Source of the DNA: Gammaproteobacteria bacterium
Lineage (GTDB): Bacteria > Pseudomonadota > Gammaproteobacteria > Nitrosococcales > Methylophagaceae
Direction: 5' to 3'
Length of the DNA: 46,903 bases
Assembly: GCA_023488305.1 (NCBI GenBank)
Contig: JAMDEF010000020.1
Location: 1-46,903, forward strand
The notes below the pieces were generated by a model that was not told the DNA's origin, did no database searches, and was given only the letters and a program-made list of their open reading frames with translations. A program made the position numbers and the translations under genes. Every line of letters starts with the position of its first letter. Positions within the stretch are counted from its first letter, which is position 1. Shown piece after piece: positions 10,300 through 21,990 of this stretch.

Positions 10300-11455
10300 G
10301 CTTTTGGCCTTATGTTGTGTTGTTTTTCTGCTTACCAAAAATGTCTTAGCGGCGGACATAAAAGTCGGCATGAGTGGGCCCCTGACGGGTCCGTTATCCG
10401 AAATGGGTCTGTCTATGCAGACGGGTATCAATGCCTATTTTTCTAGAGTTAATCAGCAGGGTGGAATTAAAGGTCAGCAGATTGAGTTGCTGGCAATAGA
10501 TGATTTCTACGAACCAGATCAAGCCGCTGCCAATATGCGTCAACTTATTAATGAACATGCAGTAGTTGCTGTTCTGGGCAGTGTCGGAACACCTACAGCG
10601 GTGGTCACGGTACCGATTGCGGAACAGCTTCAGGTGGCTTTGATCGGTGCTTTTTCGGGGGGCGATGTTTTACGATCTAATCCTCCCAGTCGTTACATCA
10701 TCAATTATCGTCCAGGTTACAAACAAGAGGTTGAGATGTTGATTGATGGGGTGCTGAATGCAGGCGTCCGACCTGAACAAATCGCATTTTTCACTCAACA
10801 GGACAGTTACGGTAATGCTGTCTATCACGCTGCGGCAACGGCATTACATGCCAGAGGGTTTTATCAGGTCGATTACCTTACCCATGCCTATTACAGTCGT
10901 AATACGCTAAATGTTGAAAGTGCCGTTGCTACTATTCTTAAAGCTAAAATTCCCCCTAAAGTGATCTTGATGGGGGGCAGTTACGCCCCTTCAGCCAAAT
11001 TTATAAACCTGTTATACGAAGATAGGCCGGATCTGTGGTTCGTCAATGTATCTTTTGTCGGCAGTCATGTATTAGAGCAATCATTAGATGGAATCAATGC
11101 CCCTGTAATCGTCAGTCAGGTTGTTCCAGAAGTTGATGCGGATTTGCCACTTGTTAGAGAGTTTCGCGCAGCATTAAAGGAATATGATAGCGCCATACAA
11201 CCCAATACTGTTTCGCTGGAAGGTTATATTGTTGCAAGGATCTTAGTTGAGGCACTGCAGACTATGGATGGAACTATCGGCCGGGAAGCTTTGATTGATG
11301 CCTTATATGGATTGGTTGATTTGGATATCGGCCTGGGCAGCAATATTAATCTGGATAAAAATCAGCAGCATGGCAGTCACATGCTTTGGCTGAGTAAATT
11401 GGAAAACGGAGCGTTCCATTCATTTGAATGGGCAAACGCTGATTTTTCACAATAA
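10280..11455 (+). CDS. Class I periplasmic ligand-binding protein (LivJ/Peripla_BP_6-like), no adjacent ABC permease
   Basis: Signal peptide ending VLA-A, IKVGMSGPLTGP, VNQQGGIKGQQIEL..DDFYEP, VGTPT, SLEGY; ATG 10280 overlaps ccoS by 20 nt. Confidence 0.88.
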   Translation: MKLSLIRLLALCCVVFLLTKNVLAADIKVGMSGPLTGPLSEMGLSMQTGINAYFSRVNQQGGIKGQQIELLAIDDFYEPDQAAANMRQLINEHAVVAVLGSVGTPTAVVTVPIAEQLQVALIGAFSGGDVLRSNPPSRYIINYRPGYKQEVEMLIDGVLNAGVRPEQIAFFTQQDSYGNAVYHAAATALHARGFYQVDYLTHAYYSRNTLNVESAVATILKAKIPPKVILMGGSYAPSAKFINLLYEDRPDLWFVNVSFVGSHVLEQSLDGINAPVIVSQVVPEVDADLPLVREFRAALKEYDSAIQPNTVSLEGYIVARILVEALQTMDGTIGREALIDALYGLVDLDIGLGSNINLDKNQQHGSHMLWLSKLENGAFHSFEWANADFSQ

Positions 11456-11462
11456 CCACATA

Positions 11463-11489
11463 ACAGGATGTAAACAAGATGGATACGGA
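11463..11489 (+). promoter_or_regulatory. Putative CsrA/RsmA sites in the leader of the GGDEF-EAL gene
   Basis: ACAGGATGT, ATGGA and ACGGA within 32 nt upstream of the ATG. Confidence 0.45.
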
Positions 11490-11494
11490 CATAC

Positions 11495-14400
11495 ATGTTT
11501 AATAACTGGAGCATCAGGACACTGCTGCATTTTTGGGCTGCCGTTACCGTATTGATGGTATTGCTGATGGCTGCAATTGCCATGTTAAGTCACCATCATT
11601 ACACCAAAAATCAACTTCTGCTGACCGAGCAGGTTTTTCCCCTGGTAGACAATGCCAGACAAATCAGTAGTAGTGCGGCTGCGTTTATTTCCAGACAAAA
11701 ACAAATTATCAGTGCGCGAAATGCTGATGAACTTGCCAACGTTTCAGCACGAGAACCTTTGGAAGCAGACTTTGAACAATCCTGGAATCGTTTATTGCAG
11801 AGTGTTGAGCAGTTGGGGATTGCTCCTGAGTTGACCAGTGTGTTGAGTGATTATTATCAGCAATTTTTAGAAACCGATAGTTTATTGCTGCAACAAATGC
11901 AGTCTCAGCATCAACTCTCCGAACAAATTGAACAACGTACAAAAAGTGTTAGCTTGTTAGCTGACGAGATCCAGCAGCTTACTGAAGCCATTACCGGCAG
12001 AATTGATTTAACGTTAACTCGTCAAATGCAATCCTTAAGTAATCCTGAGATCTTGAACCAGCCAGATAAAACAGCATTAATTGAAAATTACACGGCGGTA
12101 GAACGAAGCAGTTATTCCCTGATGTTGAATGTACTGCGGATCAGTCAGCTGAGCCAACAGATTCGTGAGACACAGAATCCAGACTTGCTTCTCAGCATCC
12201 GGGAAAATGATATCCGGGAACAGGAGGCCATGCTGCGTAGTGATATTTTAATCATCAAACAGAATCTGCAAAATTATCCTGAATTATTAACATTGGTTGA
12301 TAACTTACAACAGGGAATTGATACGTTTATCCGCCAGGTAATTGATGATAATAACTCCGTATATCAACTGCGAATCCGGCAACTTGATACGTATGAAAAA
12401 TCCCAGACGGTACAGCAGCAAGGCTTAAACATCCTGGAAGTTTTGATGCAAAACCTGAATACCTTGTCTGCCCGAGTTGGCGAGCAGGGTTTGTCCAGAA
12501 CCCAGCAATCGGCTTCTCTGGCTAAAACAGCAAGATGGTGGATGATTATCAGTTGTTTAGGGATAGCTTTGGGGTTAACGTGGTTTGTTATAACCATGAC
12601 ATCGCGGATTAATCAGCCTATGCAACGTTTGCGTAAAGCGATGCATGACTTGTCGGCAGAAAAATTTGATACCCGTATGCCAACCAATAATGGTCAAAGT
12701 GAGTTTAATTTACTCGCCAAGGACTTCAATGTTTTTGCCGCGCAAACACAAGCCTTAATTAGCAAGCTGGATGAAACCAAACATTCTTTGGAGATTCGAG
12801 AAACACGGCTTCGAGCCATTCTTAATGGCGTACCAGAAGCGATTCTTGCTATTCAGGCGGATGGCTCCATCAGTTCGTGTAACCCTGCAGCAGAAAAAAT
12901 CTTACAGGCCAATGAACAACAATTGGCAGGACAAAATATTCTGCAGTTTTTCGCCCCATCATCAGATATTCATTCACTTGCCGATCTTGCTCAACTGCAA
13001 CAAGCCAACCATGAGTTTGAAGGCCGTAATTGGTTTGGTGAAACCTTCTCGATGTGGTTTTCGCTTAATCCATTGTCAGAATTCGATGATGATATCTGGG
13101 TGTGTGTAATTTCCGATATCAGCAGCTGGAAACTCACCAAACAAGCGTTGCTACAGACCAGTAATGAATTAAACGCCATTCTGGAAAATGCCATGGTGGG
13201 TATTGCCTTTATTAAAAACCGGCAGATTATTCGGGTAAACACTAAATTCGAGCAATTGTTTTTGTTTGCTCGTGAGGATATCGAAGGGCAAAGTACACGA
13301 TGCATTCATCCCAGCGAAGACGCCTTCGAACGCTTTGGCGATCAAGCATACAACACTTTGTCAGTAGCAGAAAATTTTGAAGCTCAAGTCGAAATGATGC
13401 GTGCCAATGGCGAGAAGTTCTGGTGTGCCGTGTCAGGCCAGGTAATTAACCCGGAGAACCCGACGGAAGGATCCATCTGGCTTTATGAAGATGTTACTCA
13501 TCAGCGGCAAAATGAAGAGCGACTGACACGTTTAGCCAGCAGTGACATTCTGACCGGCTTGCCAAACCGTGGAGTATTTAAAGATCGGTTAGAGCACGCT
13601 ATTCATAAAGCGCAGCGGCAAAATGGCCGGTTGGCCGTTTTCTTTCTGGATCTGGATCACTTTAAACATATCAATGATTCACTGGGTCATAAAGCCGGAG
13701 ACATTTTACTGTGTGAAGTGGCGCGTCGTATCCGCTCCTGTGTCAGAGACAGTGATACGGTAGCCAGACTGGGCGGTGATGAATTTACGGTAATGCTCGA
13801 GGAAGTTCATTCTGCTCAGTACGTCGGAAAAGTCGCTGAAAAAATTCTCAGTACTACGGCTTTACCCTATATGTTGGATAACATTGAAGTAAATATCAGT
13901 CCGAGTATTGGTATCAGTCTATATCCGGCCGATGGTCGTGATGTGGATATGCTGGTGCGTAACGCCGATGCAGCAATGTATTACGCTAAAAGCACTGGCC
14001 GTAATAACTTTCAGTTTTACTCTTCCGATATGAATGCGCAGGCATCTCAGCGTCTGGCAATGGAAACCGGCCTGCGTCGTGCGGTTGAATTGCAAGAATT
14101 TTATCTACAATTTCAACCACAAATCGAACTTGAAACTGGCCGTGTAGCCGGAGCAGAGGTGCTATTACGCTGGCATACTGAGCAGTGGGGCGATATATCT
14201 CCAGCGATATTTGTACCGGTATTGGAAGACACCGGTTTAATTAATATGGTGGGTGAATGGGTGCTGAAGCAAACTTGTGAAGCCTTTATGGCTAATCGTC
14301 ACAATTTACCAGACGATTTTTTAATGGCTGTTAATCTCTCAGGACGTCAGTTTAAAGGCAATCTACTGGTCAGTTTTATGCGTGATTTACTTGATAAAAC

Positions 14401-14836
14401 GGGAATGCCAGCCAAAAATCTGGAACTGGAGATTACCGAGAGCCTGTTGATGGAAAACACAGAACAAGCAGTTGAAACCTTACGCGAATTGAGTCAGCTG
14501 GGTATTACACTGGCAATTGACGATTTTGGTACGGGTTATTCATCACTTTCATACTTAAAACAGTTTCCACTCAACGTGTTAAAAATTGACCGCACATTTG
14601 TAAGTGATGTAACCGATAACAGCGATGACGCGGCCATGGTAAACGCCATTCTGGCCATGTCCAAAAGTCTTGCTTTACAAGTTGTTGCTGAAGGAGTGGA
14701 AACAGCCGAGCAGCTCGCTTTTTTACAAAAAAGTCACTGTAAACGTGCCCAAGGGTTTTATTTCAGCAAAGCTATTAACTTGAATGAGCTGATGGAATAT
14801 ATAAAACAAGCTGATCAATCTCAACGGGCTATGTAA
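11495..14836 (+). CDS. Membrane diguanylate cyclase/phosphodiesterase (TM-periplasmic helical sensor-TM-HAMP-PAS-PAS-GGDEF-EAL)
   Basis: Two TM segments about 315 aa apart, HAMP, two PAS domains, DILTGLPNR, RDSD I-site, RLGGDEF, EVLLRW, ELEITE, DDFGTGYSSL. Confidence 0.95.
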   Translation: MFNNWSIRTLLHFWAAVTVLMVLLMAAIAMLSHHHYTKNQLLLTEQVFPLVDNARQISSSAAAFISRQKQIISARNADELANVSAREPLEADFEQSWNRLLQSVEQLGIAPELTSVLSDYYQQFLETDSLLLQQMQSQHQLSEQIEQRTKSVSLLADEIQQLTEAITGRIDLTLTRQMQSLSNPEILNQPDKTALIENYTAVERSSYSLMLNVLRISQLSQQIRETQNPDLLLSIRENDIREQEAMLRSDILIIKQNLQNYPELLTLVDNLQQGIDTFIRQVIDDNNSVYQLRIRQLDTYEKSQTVQQQGLNILEVLMQNLNTLSARVGEQGLSRTQQSASLAKTARWWMIISCLGIALGLTWFVITMTSRINQPMQRLRKAMHDLSAEKFDTRMPTNNGQSEFNLLAKDFNVFAAQTQALISKLDETKHSLEIRETRLRAILNGVPEAILAIQADGSISSCNPAAEKILQANEQQLAGQNILQFFAPSSDIHSLADLAQLQQANHEFEGRNWFGETFSMWFSLNPLSEFDDDIWVCVISDISSWKLTKQALLQTSNELNAILENAMVGIAFIKNRQIIRVNTKFEQLFLFAREDIEGQSTRCIHPSEDAFERFGDQAYNTLSVAENFEAQVEMMRANGEKFWCAVSGQVINPENPTEGSIWLYEDVTHQRQNEERLTRLASSDILTGLPNRGVFKDRLEHAIHKAQRQNGRLAVFFLDLDHFKHINDSLGHKAGDILLCEVARRIRSCVRDSDTVARLGGDEFTVMLEEVHSAQYVGKVAEKILSTTALPYMLDNIEVNISPSIGISLYPADGRDVDMLVRNADAAMYYAKSTGRNNFQFYSSDMNAQASQRLAMETGLRRAVELQEFYLQFQPQIELETGRVAGAEVLLRWHTEQWGDISPAIFVPVLEDTGLINMVGEWVLKQTCEAFMANRHNLPDDFLMAVNLSGRQFKGNLLVSFMRDLLDKTGMPAKNLELEITESLLMENTEQAVETLRELSQLGITLAIDDFGTGYSSLSYLKQFPLNVLKIDRTFVSDVTDNSDDAAMVNAILAMSKSLALQVVAEGVETAEQLAFLQKSHCKRAQGFYFSKAINLNELMEYIKQADQSQRAM

Positions 14837-15441
14837 GTCATAACAGTCCGTTCATCCGGGTGTAACCGAATCGTCAGACCAAATTGCGGATAGTGCCAAA
14901 TTTGTGCTGAACTTTCTTCAGCTTCCTCACTGATATTCTCGGGTTCGCCAAAACGATGCAGCAACATATCTGCATCAATACGAACCGTTGGAATATAAGT
15001 GATGGCGATTACCGGAGCTGTCAGTAAACGTTGTTTATCATCAAAAGCTGGATCATAACGTCGTGCACCACTTGGCTGTAATTTGGCTGAGGCGGCGCGT
15101 GACGCCATGCTATTTAACTCATCTTCATCGACCAGCAAATTCACCACAACTCTTGCGGACAATCCGCCGAGATTAATTGATTCGAAAAAAACTTCGGGCG
15201 AAATATTCTGGTTTTCGGTCATGAACAAAGCTACTTCTCCAGCCTCACGCCATATCTGTTGAATTTCCCCGTAGGTAGTACTGCCTAAATGTACACCCAT
15301 TACTTCAACTTGCTCATCCGGCATGATGGTTATTTCCCAAGGTTTAGGCGCTGTTGGCTGGGGCGAAGGAACAAACATTAACGCCGCAATACCCACAATA
15401 ACTAAAGCCGTGCCAAGTAAAAATTTGAGTAATATACGCAT
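14821..15441 (-). CDS. Hypothetical membrane-anchored periplasmic protein
   Basis: ORF with N-terminal TM helix (MRILLKFLLGTALVIVGIAALMF) starting 13 nt after the dtd stop; function not recognised. Confidence 0.75.
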   Translation of the reverse strand: MRILLKFLLGTALVIVGIAALMFVPSPQPTAPKPWEITIMPDEQVEVMGVHLGSTTYGEIQQIWREAGEVALFMTENQNISPEVFFESINLGGLSARVVVNLLVDEDELNSMASRAASAKLQPSGARRYDPAFDDKQRLLTAPVIAITYIPTVRIDADMLLHRFGEPENISEEAEESSAQIWHYPQFGLTIRLHPDERTVMTYIAR

Positions 15442-15454
15442 AAAAAATCCGAAA

Positions 15455-15898
15455 TTAATTAACCTGTAACCAGAAAGTGACCGGTCCATCGTTGGTAAGA
15501 GAAACTTGCATGTTCGCGCCAAACTGGCCAGATTCAACCACTATGCTGTGGTGCTTCGCCTGATTTAGCAGATGATCAAACAGTTGTTTGCCTTGTTCAG
15601 GGGGAGCGGCGGGAGTGAAACTTGGGCGATTACCTTTGCGAGTATCTGCAGGCAAGGTAAATTGTGGCACCAATAATAAGTCGCCTTTTATATCCAGCAA
15701 ACTTAAATTCATTTTGTCGTCGGCATCACTAAACACTCGATAATTTAAAATGCGTTGCAACAGGCGATCTGCTATAGCTGCCGTGTCTGTTTTTTCTACT
15801 CCAATCAATACCAGCAAACCTTGGTCGATTTGAGCAATGTTCTGATGGTTTTCGATGGTGACATTTGCCTGGGTCACTCGTTGTAACAATGCAATCAT
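15455..15898 (-). CDS. dtd: D-aminoacyl-tRNA deacylase
   Basis: LLQRV, PQFTL, KGNRPSF, GQFGANMQVSLTNDGPVTF. Confidence 0.96.
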   Translation of the reverse strand: MIALLQRVTQANVTIENHQNIAQIDQGLLVLIGVEKTDTAAIADRLLQRILNYRVFSDADDKMNLSLLDIKGDLLLVPQFTLPADTRKGNRPSFTPAAPPEQGKQLFDHLLNQAKHHSIVVESGQFGANMQVSLTNDGPVTFWLQVN

Positions 15899-16860
15899 GT
15901 GAGTTGTGAGGCTAATTGATCAGTTGTTCGAACCAGTGCGTCAATAATGGCAGGCTCACTCGCTGCATGTCCTGCAAGAGGTAATACTTCAAACTGAGCA
16001 TTTGGCCAGCGCTGGTAAACTTCCCAGGATTGTTGCATCGGACACACCATATCGTAGCGCCCATGAATAATGACGGCAGGGATATGATTAATCTGTTTGA
16101 TACTGTCGAGTAATGGGGTATCACCAAGAAAACAGCTATTCAATGCATAATGCAATTGAATTCGAGAATGCGCCAAAGGACCCGCAGATTGCTCAGCATC
16201 GGGTTGATAATGCTGATCCCGCAACATGACAATAGTGCCTTCCCAATTTTGCAAAGTGTTGGCGGCAATTTGTTGTTGCTGTTCTTCTGTCTGAGTTAAT
16301 TGCTGATAGTAATAAGCTAATGGCTTGCTTTGTTCGGTGGCCGGTAAATCTTTGATCAGAGCATGCCATGCTTCAGCAAATACTCTGGAAGCACCGCCTG
16401 CCGCATAAACCCAATCTATGTCCTGTTGTCGGCCGAGAAAGGTGCCGCGTAACACCATATTTAAAACCTGTTCTGGGTGCTGTCGGGCATAGGCCAAAGC
16501 TAAAGTTGCTCCCCATGAACCACCGAATAACATCCATTTGTCGATATTCAGCAGTTTCCGGATAGCTTCCATATCTGCAATCAGATAATCCGTGGTGTTG
16601 TGTTCAAGTTCACCTGATGGCAATGAACGTCCGCAACCACGTTGATCAAACAAAATGATGTGATATAGCTCAGGGTCAAAATAACAACGGTGCTGCGGAC
16701 GACAACCTGAACCGGGCCCACCATGTAAAAAAATCACTGGAATACCTTGTGGATTGCCGCACTGTTCAACATAAACTTCGTGGCAGCGCCCAGCTGATAT
16801 TTCTTCACGAGCTAACAGCTGGTGGTGGAAAGGTTCGATATCAGGGTACAGAGTACGCAT
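15895..16860 (-). CDS. pip: Proline iminopeptidase
   Basis: FLHGGPGSG, FDQRGCGRS, FGGSWG, HGRYDMVCP, AGH. Confidence 0.96.
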   Translation of the reverse strand: MRTLYPDIEPFHHQLLAREEISAGRCHEVYVEQCGNPQGIPVIFLHGGPGSGCRPQHRCYFDPELYHIILFDQRGCGRSLPSGELEHNTTDYLIADMEAIRKLLNIDKWMLFGGSWGATLALAYARQHPEQVLNMVLRGTFLGRQQDIDWVYAAGGASRVFAEAWHALIKDLPATEQSKPLAYYYQQLTQTEEQQQQIAANTLQNWEGTIVMLRDQHYQPDAEQSAGPLAHSRIQLHYALNSCFLGDTPLLDSIKQINHIPAVIIHGRYDMVCPMQQSWEVYQRWPNAQFEVLPLAGHAASEPAIIDALVRTTDQLASQLT

Positions 16861-17000
16861 TTACAGTTCCATCTTGGTTTTCAGCCCGCAACTATATCAT
16901 GTCAGATGATGGTAATTATTACCTTGATGGGCGAAAATATGACGTTTAACTGCTGCCATATCTCGTCAGCAGCCGCAAAGACAAACAAGGCGAACACAAC

Positions 17001-18164
17001 ATGAACCTGCATGAGTATCAGGCAAAACAATTGTTTAACCAATATGGCATCAACACACCTGATGGGCGGATGATATCCAGCCCGGATGAAGTGGAATCTG
17101 CTCTTGCTGCAATTGGTGGTGACCGTTGGGTAGTAAAAGCACAAGTACACAGCGGCGGCCGTGGTAAAGCCGGTGGTGTTCGGGTAGAAGATAGTTCTTT
17201 TGCAGTTACAGAAGCCGTTGTTGCGCTGCTGGGAAGCCAACTGATCACACATCAGACTACTGCTGAGGGGTTACCGGTTAATAAAGTCTGGATTGAAACA
17301 CCTTCGTCGATTACTCGCGAATTATATCTCGCCTTGTTGGTGGATCGTGTCACCCAACGCGTGGTGTTTATGATTTCTGCCGAGGGCGGTATGGATATTG
17401 AAGAGGTGGCAGAGAAAACTCCAGAGGCTATCCTTAGTTTATACGTTGATCCAGTAGCAGGTTTGCAGCCTTATCAATGCCGTCAGGCCGGTTTCTTTTT
17501 GCAGCTGACTGGTGCTGCATTCAAGCAATTACAGCAACTGATGCAAAACCTCTATCAGCTGTTTTGTGAAAAAGATATTAGTCTGTTGGAAATCAATCCA
17601 TTAGTTGTCACTGATAGCGGAGACTTGCTGGCACTGGATGCCAAAATCAATGTCGACGAAAATGCGTTATACCGCCACACCGATTTAGCTGACTTATTTG
17701 ATCCAACCCAAGAAAACCCTGCTGAAGTCATCGCTCGTGACTTTGGGCTGAACTATATTGCCCTAGATGGCAATGTGGCTTGCATGGTCAATGGTGCAGG
17801 ATTGGCGATGGCCACCATGGATTTGATTCAAAAGCAGGGCGGTGAACCGGCTAACTTCCTTGATGTCGGTGGTGGTACCACAGCCGATCGGGTTGCCGAA
17901 GCTTTCAAACTGATTTTATCTGATAAAAAAGTGAAGTCGATTCTGGTCAATATCTTCGGTGGTATCGTGCGTTGTGACTTGATCGCTCAAGGCATTATGC
18001 AGGCAGCTAAAGAAGTCGGTTTAGCATTACCCGTGGTGGTGCGTTTGGAAGGTACCAATGCCGACTTAGGCCGCACATTATTGGAAAACAGTGGCATGAA
18101 TCTAAGAGTGGCACAGGATTTAACAGAAGCAGCAGCCTTAGCCGTCGCTGCGGCAGGGGAGTAA
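17001..18164 (+). CDS. sucC: Succinyl-CoA synthetase beta subunit
   Basis: MNLHEYQAKQLF, KAQVHSGGRGKAGGV, NGAGLAMATMD, ANFLDVGGG. Confidence 0.95.
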   Translation: MNLHEYQAKQLFNQYGINTPDGRMISSPDEVESALAAIGGDRWVVKAQVHSGGRGKAGGVRVEDSSFAVTEAVVALLGSQLITHQTTAEGLPVNKVWIETPSSITRELYLALLVDRVTQRVVFMISAEGGMDIEEVAEKTPEAILSLYVDPVAGLQPYQCRQAGFFLQLTGAAFKQLQQLMQNLYQLFCEKDISLLEINPLVVTDSGDLLALDAKINVDENALYRHTDLADLFDPTQENPAEVIARDFGLNYIALDGNVACMVNGAGLAMATMDLIQKQGGEPANFLDVGGGTTADRVAEAFKLILSDKKVKSILVNIFGGIVRCDLIAQGIMQAAKEVGLALPVVVRLEGTNADLGRTLLENSGMNLRVAQDLTEAAALAVAAAGE

Positions 18165-18170
18165 TAAAAC

Positions 18171-19042
18171 GTGAGTATCTTGGTTAATAAAGACACCAAA
18201 GTTATCTGTCAGGGTTTTACCGGAAAACAAGGCACTTTTCATTCAGAACAGGCAATTGCCTATGGTACTCAGTTTGTCGGTGGTGTGACTCCTGGAAAGG
18301 GTGGGCAAAATCATCTCAATAAACCGGTATTTAATACGGTTCATGAAGCCGTTGCTGAAACTGGTGCTGATGCCTCGATGATTTATGTGCCGGCAGCGTA
18401 TGCTGCTGATGCGATTTTGGAAGCGGCTGATGCGGGTATTAAAGTCATTGCCTGTATTACTGAAGGTATTCCAGTACTGGATATGCTGCGGGTAAAACAT
18501 GCATTGAAATCTTACGATGCTAAGTTAATTGGACCCAACTGTCCTGGCCTCATAACCCCTGGCGAATGCAAAATCGGCATTATGCCTGGCAGTATTCATT
18601 TGCCTGGAAAAATTGGTATTGTCTCGCGTTCAGGAACCCTGACCTATGAAGCGGTATTCCAAACCACTCAAAATGGGCTGGGGCAAAGTACTTGCGTAGG
18701 TATTGGTGGGGATCCCATTCATGGCATGAACTTTATCGAATGTCTGGAATTATTTGAGGCTGATCCACAGACTCAAGGCATAGTAATGGTTGGAGAAATC
18801 GGCGGTCAGGCAGAAGAAGATGCGGCTGATTACATCAAACAATATGTCAGTAAACCGGTCACAGCTTACATCGCAGGATTAACTGCTCCGGCCGGTAAAC
18901 GTATGGGTCATGCCGGTGCAATCATCAGCGGCGGTCAAGGCACTGCCAAAGCAAAACTGGCAGCATTAGAAGCTGCGGGTGTGGCGATTGCCGCATCACC
19001 TGCTGAAATCGGCTCAACCATGCTGCAACTGATGGAACGTTA

Positions 19043-19043
<1 letters not shown>
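18171..19043 (+). CDS. sucD: Succinyl-CoA synthetase alpha subunit
   Basis: [33 protein letters not shown]. Confidence 0.96.
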
Positions 19044-21033
<1,990 letters not shown>

Positions 21034-21050
21034 TTAAGAGTAAATTATTG

Positions 21051-21082
21051 AAACGACGCTGTTAATCCAACAGCGTCGTTTT
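21051..21082. terminator. Hairpin between convergent glnB and bamD
   Basis: Perfect 13-bp stem AAACGACGCTGTT-AATCC-AACAGCGTCGTTT overlapping the bamD stop codon. Confidence 0.7.
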
Positions 21083-21841
21083 ACGTACATCGGCTACACC
21101 AGCATGACCTGGGTAGTTTCTTTCCAAAACGCGTAATGCGTCTTCTGATAAATCATCTAATTCCAGAATTTTATAAGCCTTGGCCATAATCACTAATGCA
21201 TCTGGCATTGCTGGTGTACGTGGATAATTTTCAATCACATATTTGGCACGATTGGCAGCGGCAAGATAAGAAGCCCGACGCATATAATAGTTGGCCACAT
21301 GTAATTCATGTTGTGCTAAACGATTACGCAGATAAACAATACGTTGGGCCGCATCATCACTGTAACGGCTGGTCGGGAAACGATTAACCAGGGTAGTGAA
21401 ATCGCGAAGCGCATTAAGTGCTGTACCAGGATCACGCTGCGTTTCATCACGTGGAATATATTTTTCCAAAATCCCCATATCACGATTGAAGTTGATAAGA
21501 CCACGCAGATACATCGCATAATCGATGTGCTCGTTTAATGGGTAAACCCGCATGAAACGATCCAATGTTGCGATAGCCGTTTCCGGTTCGTCCATTTTGT
21601 AATACGCGTAAGCGGAATCTAATAAAGCCTGTTGCGCATATTGTCCAAACGGGAAACGCGCTTCCAGCTGTTCGTAATATTCGATGGCAGTACGGTAGTC
21701 ATTAATATTTAAAGCGGCTTTGGCTTCGGCATAAACCCGCTCTACGGTCCAGCTTTCTTCAGCAACTACAGGCTCTCTGCCTGAGAAGAAAGAACAAGCG
21801 GTTAGTGTCAGTATCAGGAACAACGGCAGGATGTATTTCAT
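21062..21841 (-). CDS. bamD: Outer membrane protein assembly factor BamD (ComL)
   Basis: Lipobox LTAC, RFPFGQYAQQA, LRNRLAQHELHVANYY, AAANRA. Confidence 0.96.
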   Translation of the reverse strand: MKYILPLFLILTLTACSFFSGREPVVAEESWTVERVYAEAKAALNINDYRTAIEYYEQLEARFPFGQYAQQALLDSAYAYYKMDEPETAIATLDRFMRVYPLNEHIDYAMYLRGLINFNRDMGILEKYIPRDETQRDPGTALNALRDFTTLVNRFPTSRYSDDAAQRIVYLRNRLAQHELHVANYYMRRASYLAAANRAKYVIENYPRTPAMPDALVIMAKAYKILELDDLSEDALRVLERNYPGHAGVADVRKTTLLD

Positions 21842-21990
21842 TATTGGCTTCTATCTTGAATCAAAACAAAAATTTCACAGCCTGAGATTGTAGACTGTTT
21901 AACTTGGCAAAGCATCACTAGCAATAACAGTTTTCGCGGAACATTGTACAATAGCCGCTGTTTATTCACCCTTAACTCTATAGGTTTGTA

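Noticed and set aside
21938-21965. Sigma-E promoter for the L,D-transpeptidase (GGAACAT-16-TTTAT) and palindrome ATTGTACAAT
   Set aside because: The -10 element matches poorly; not enough support
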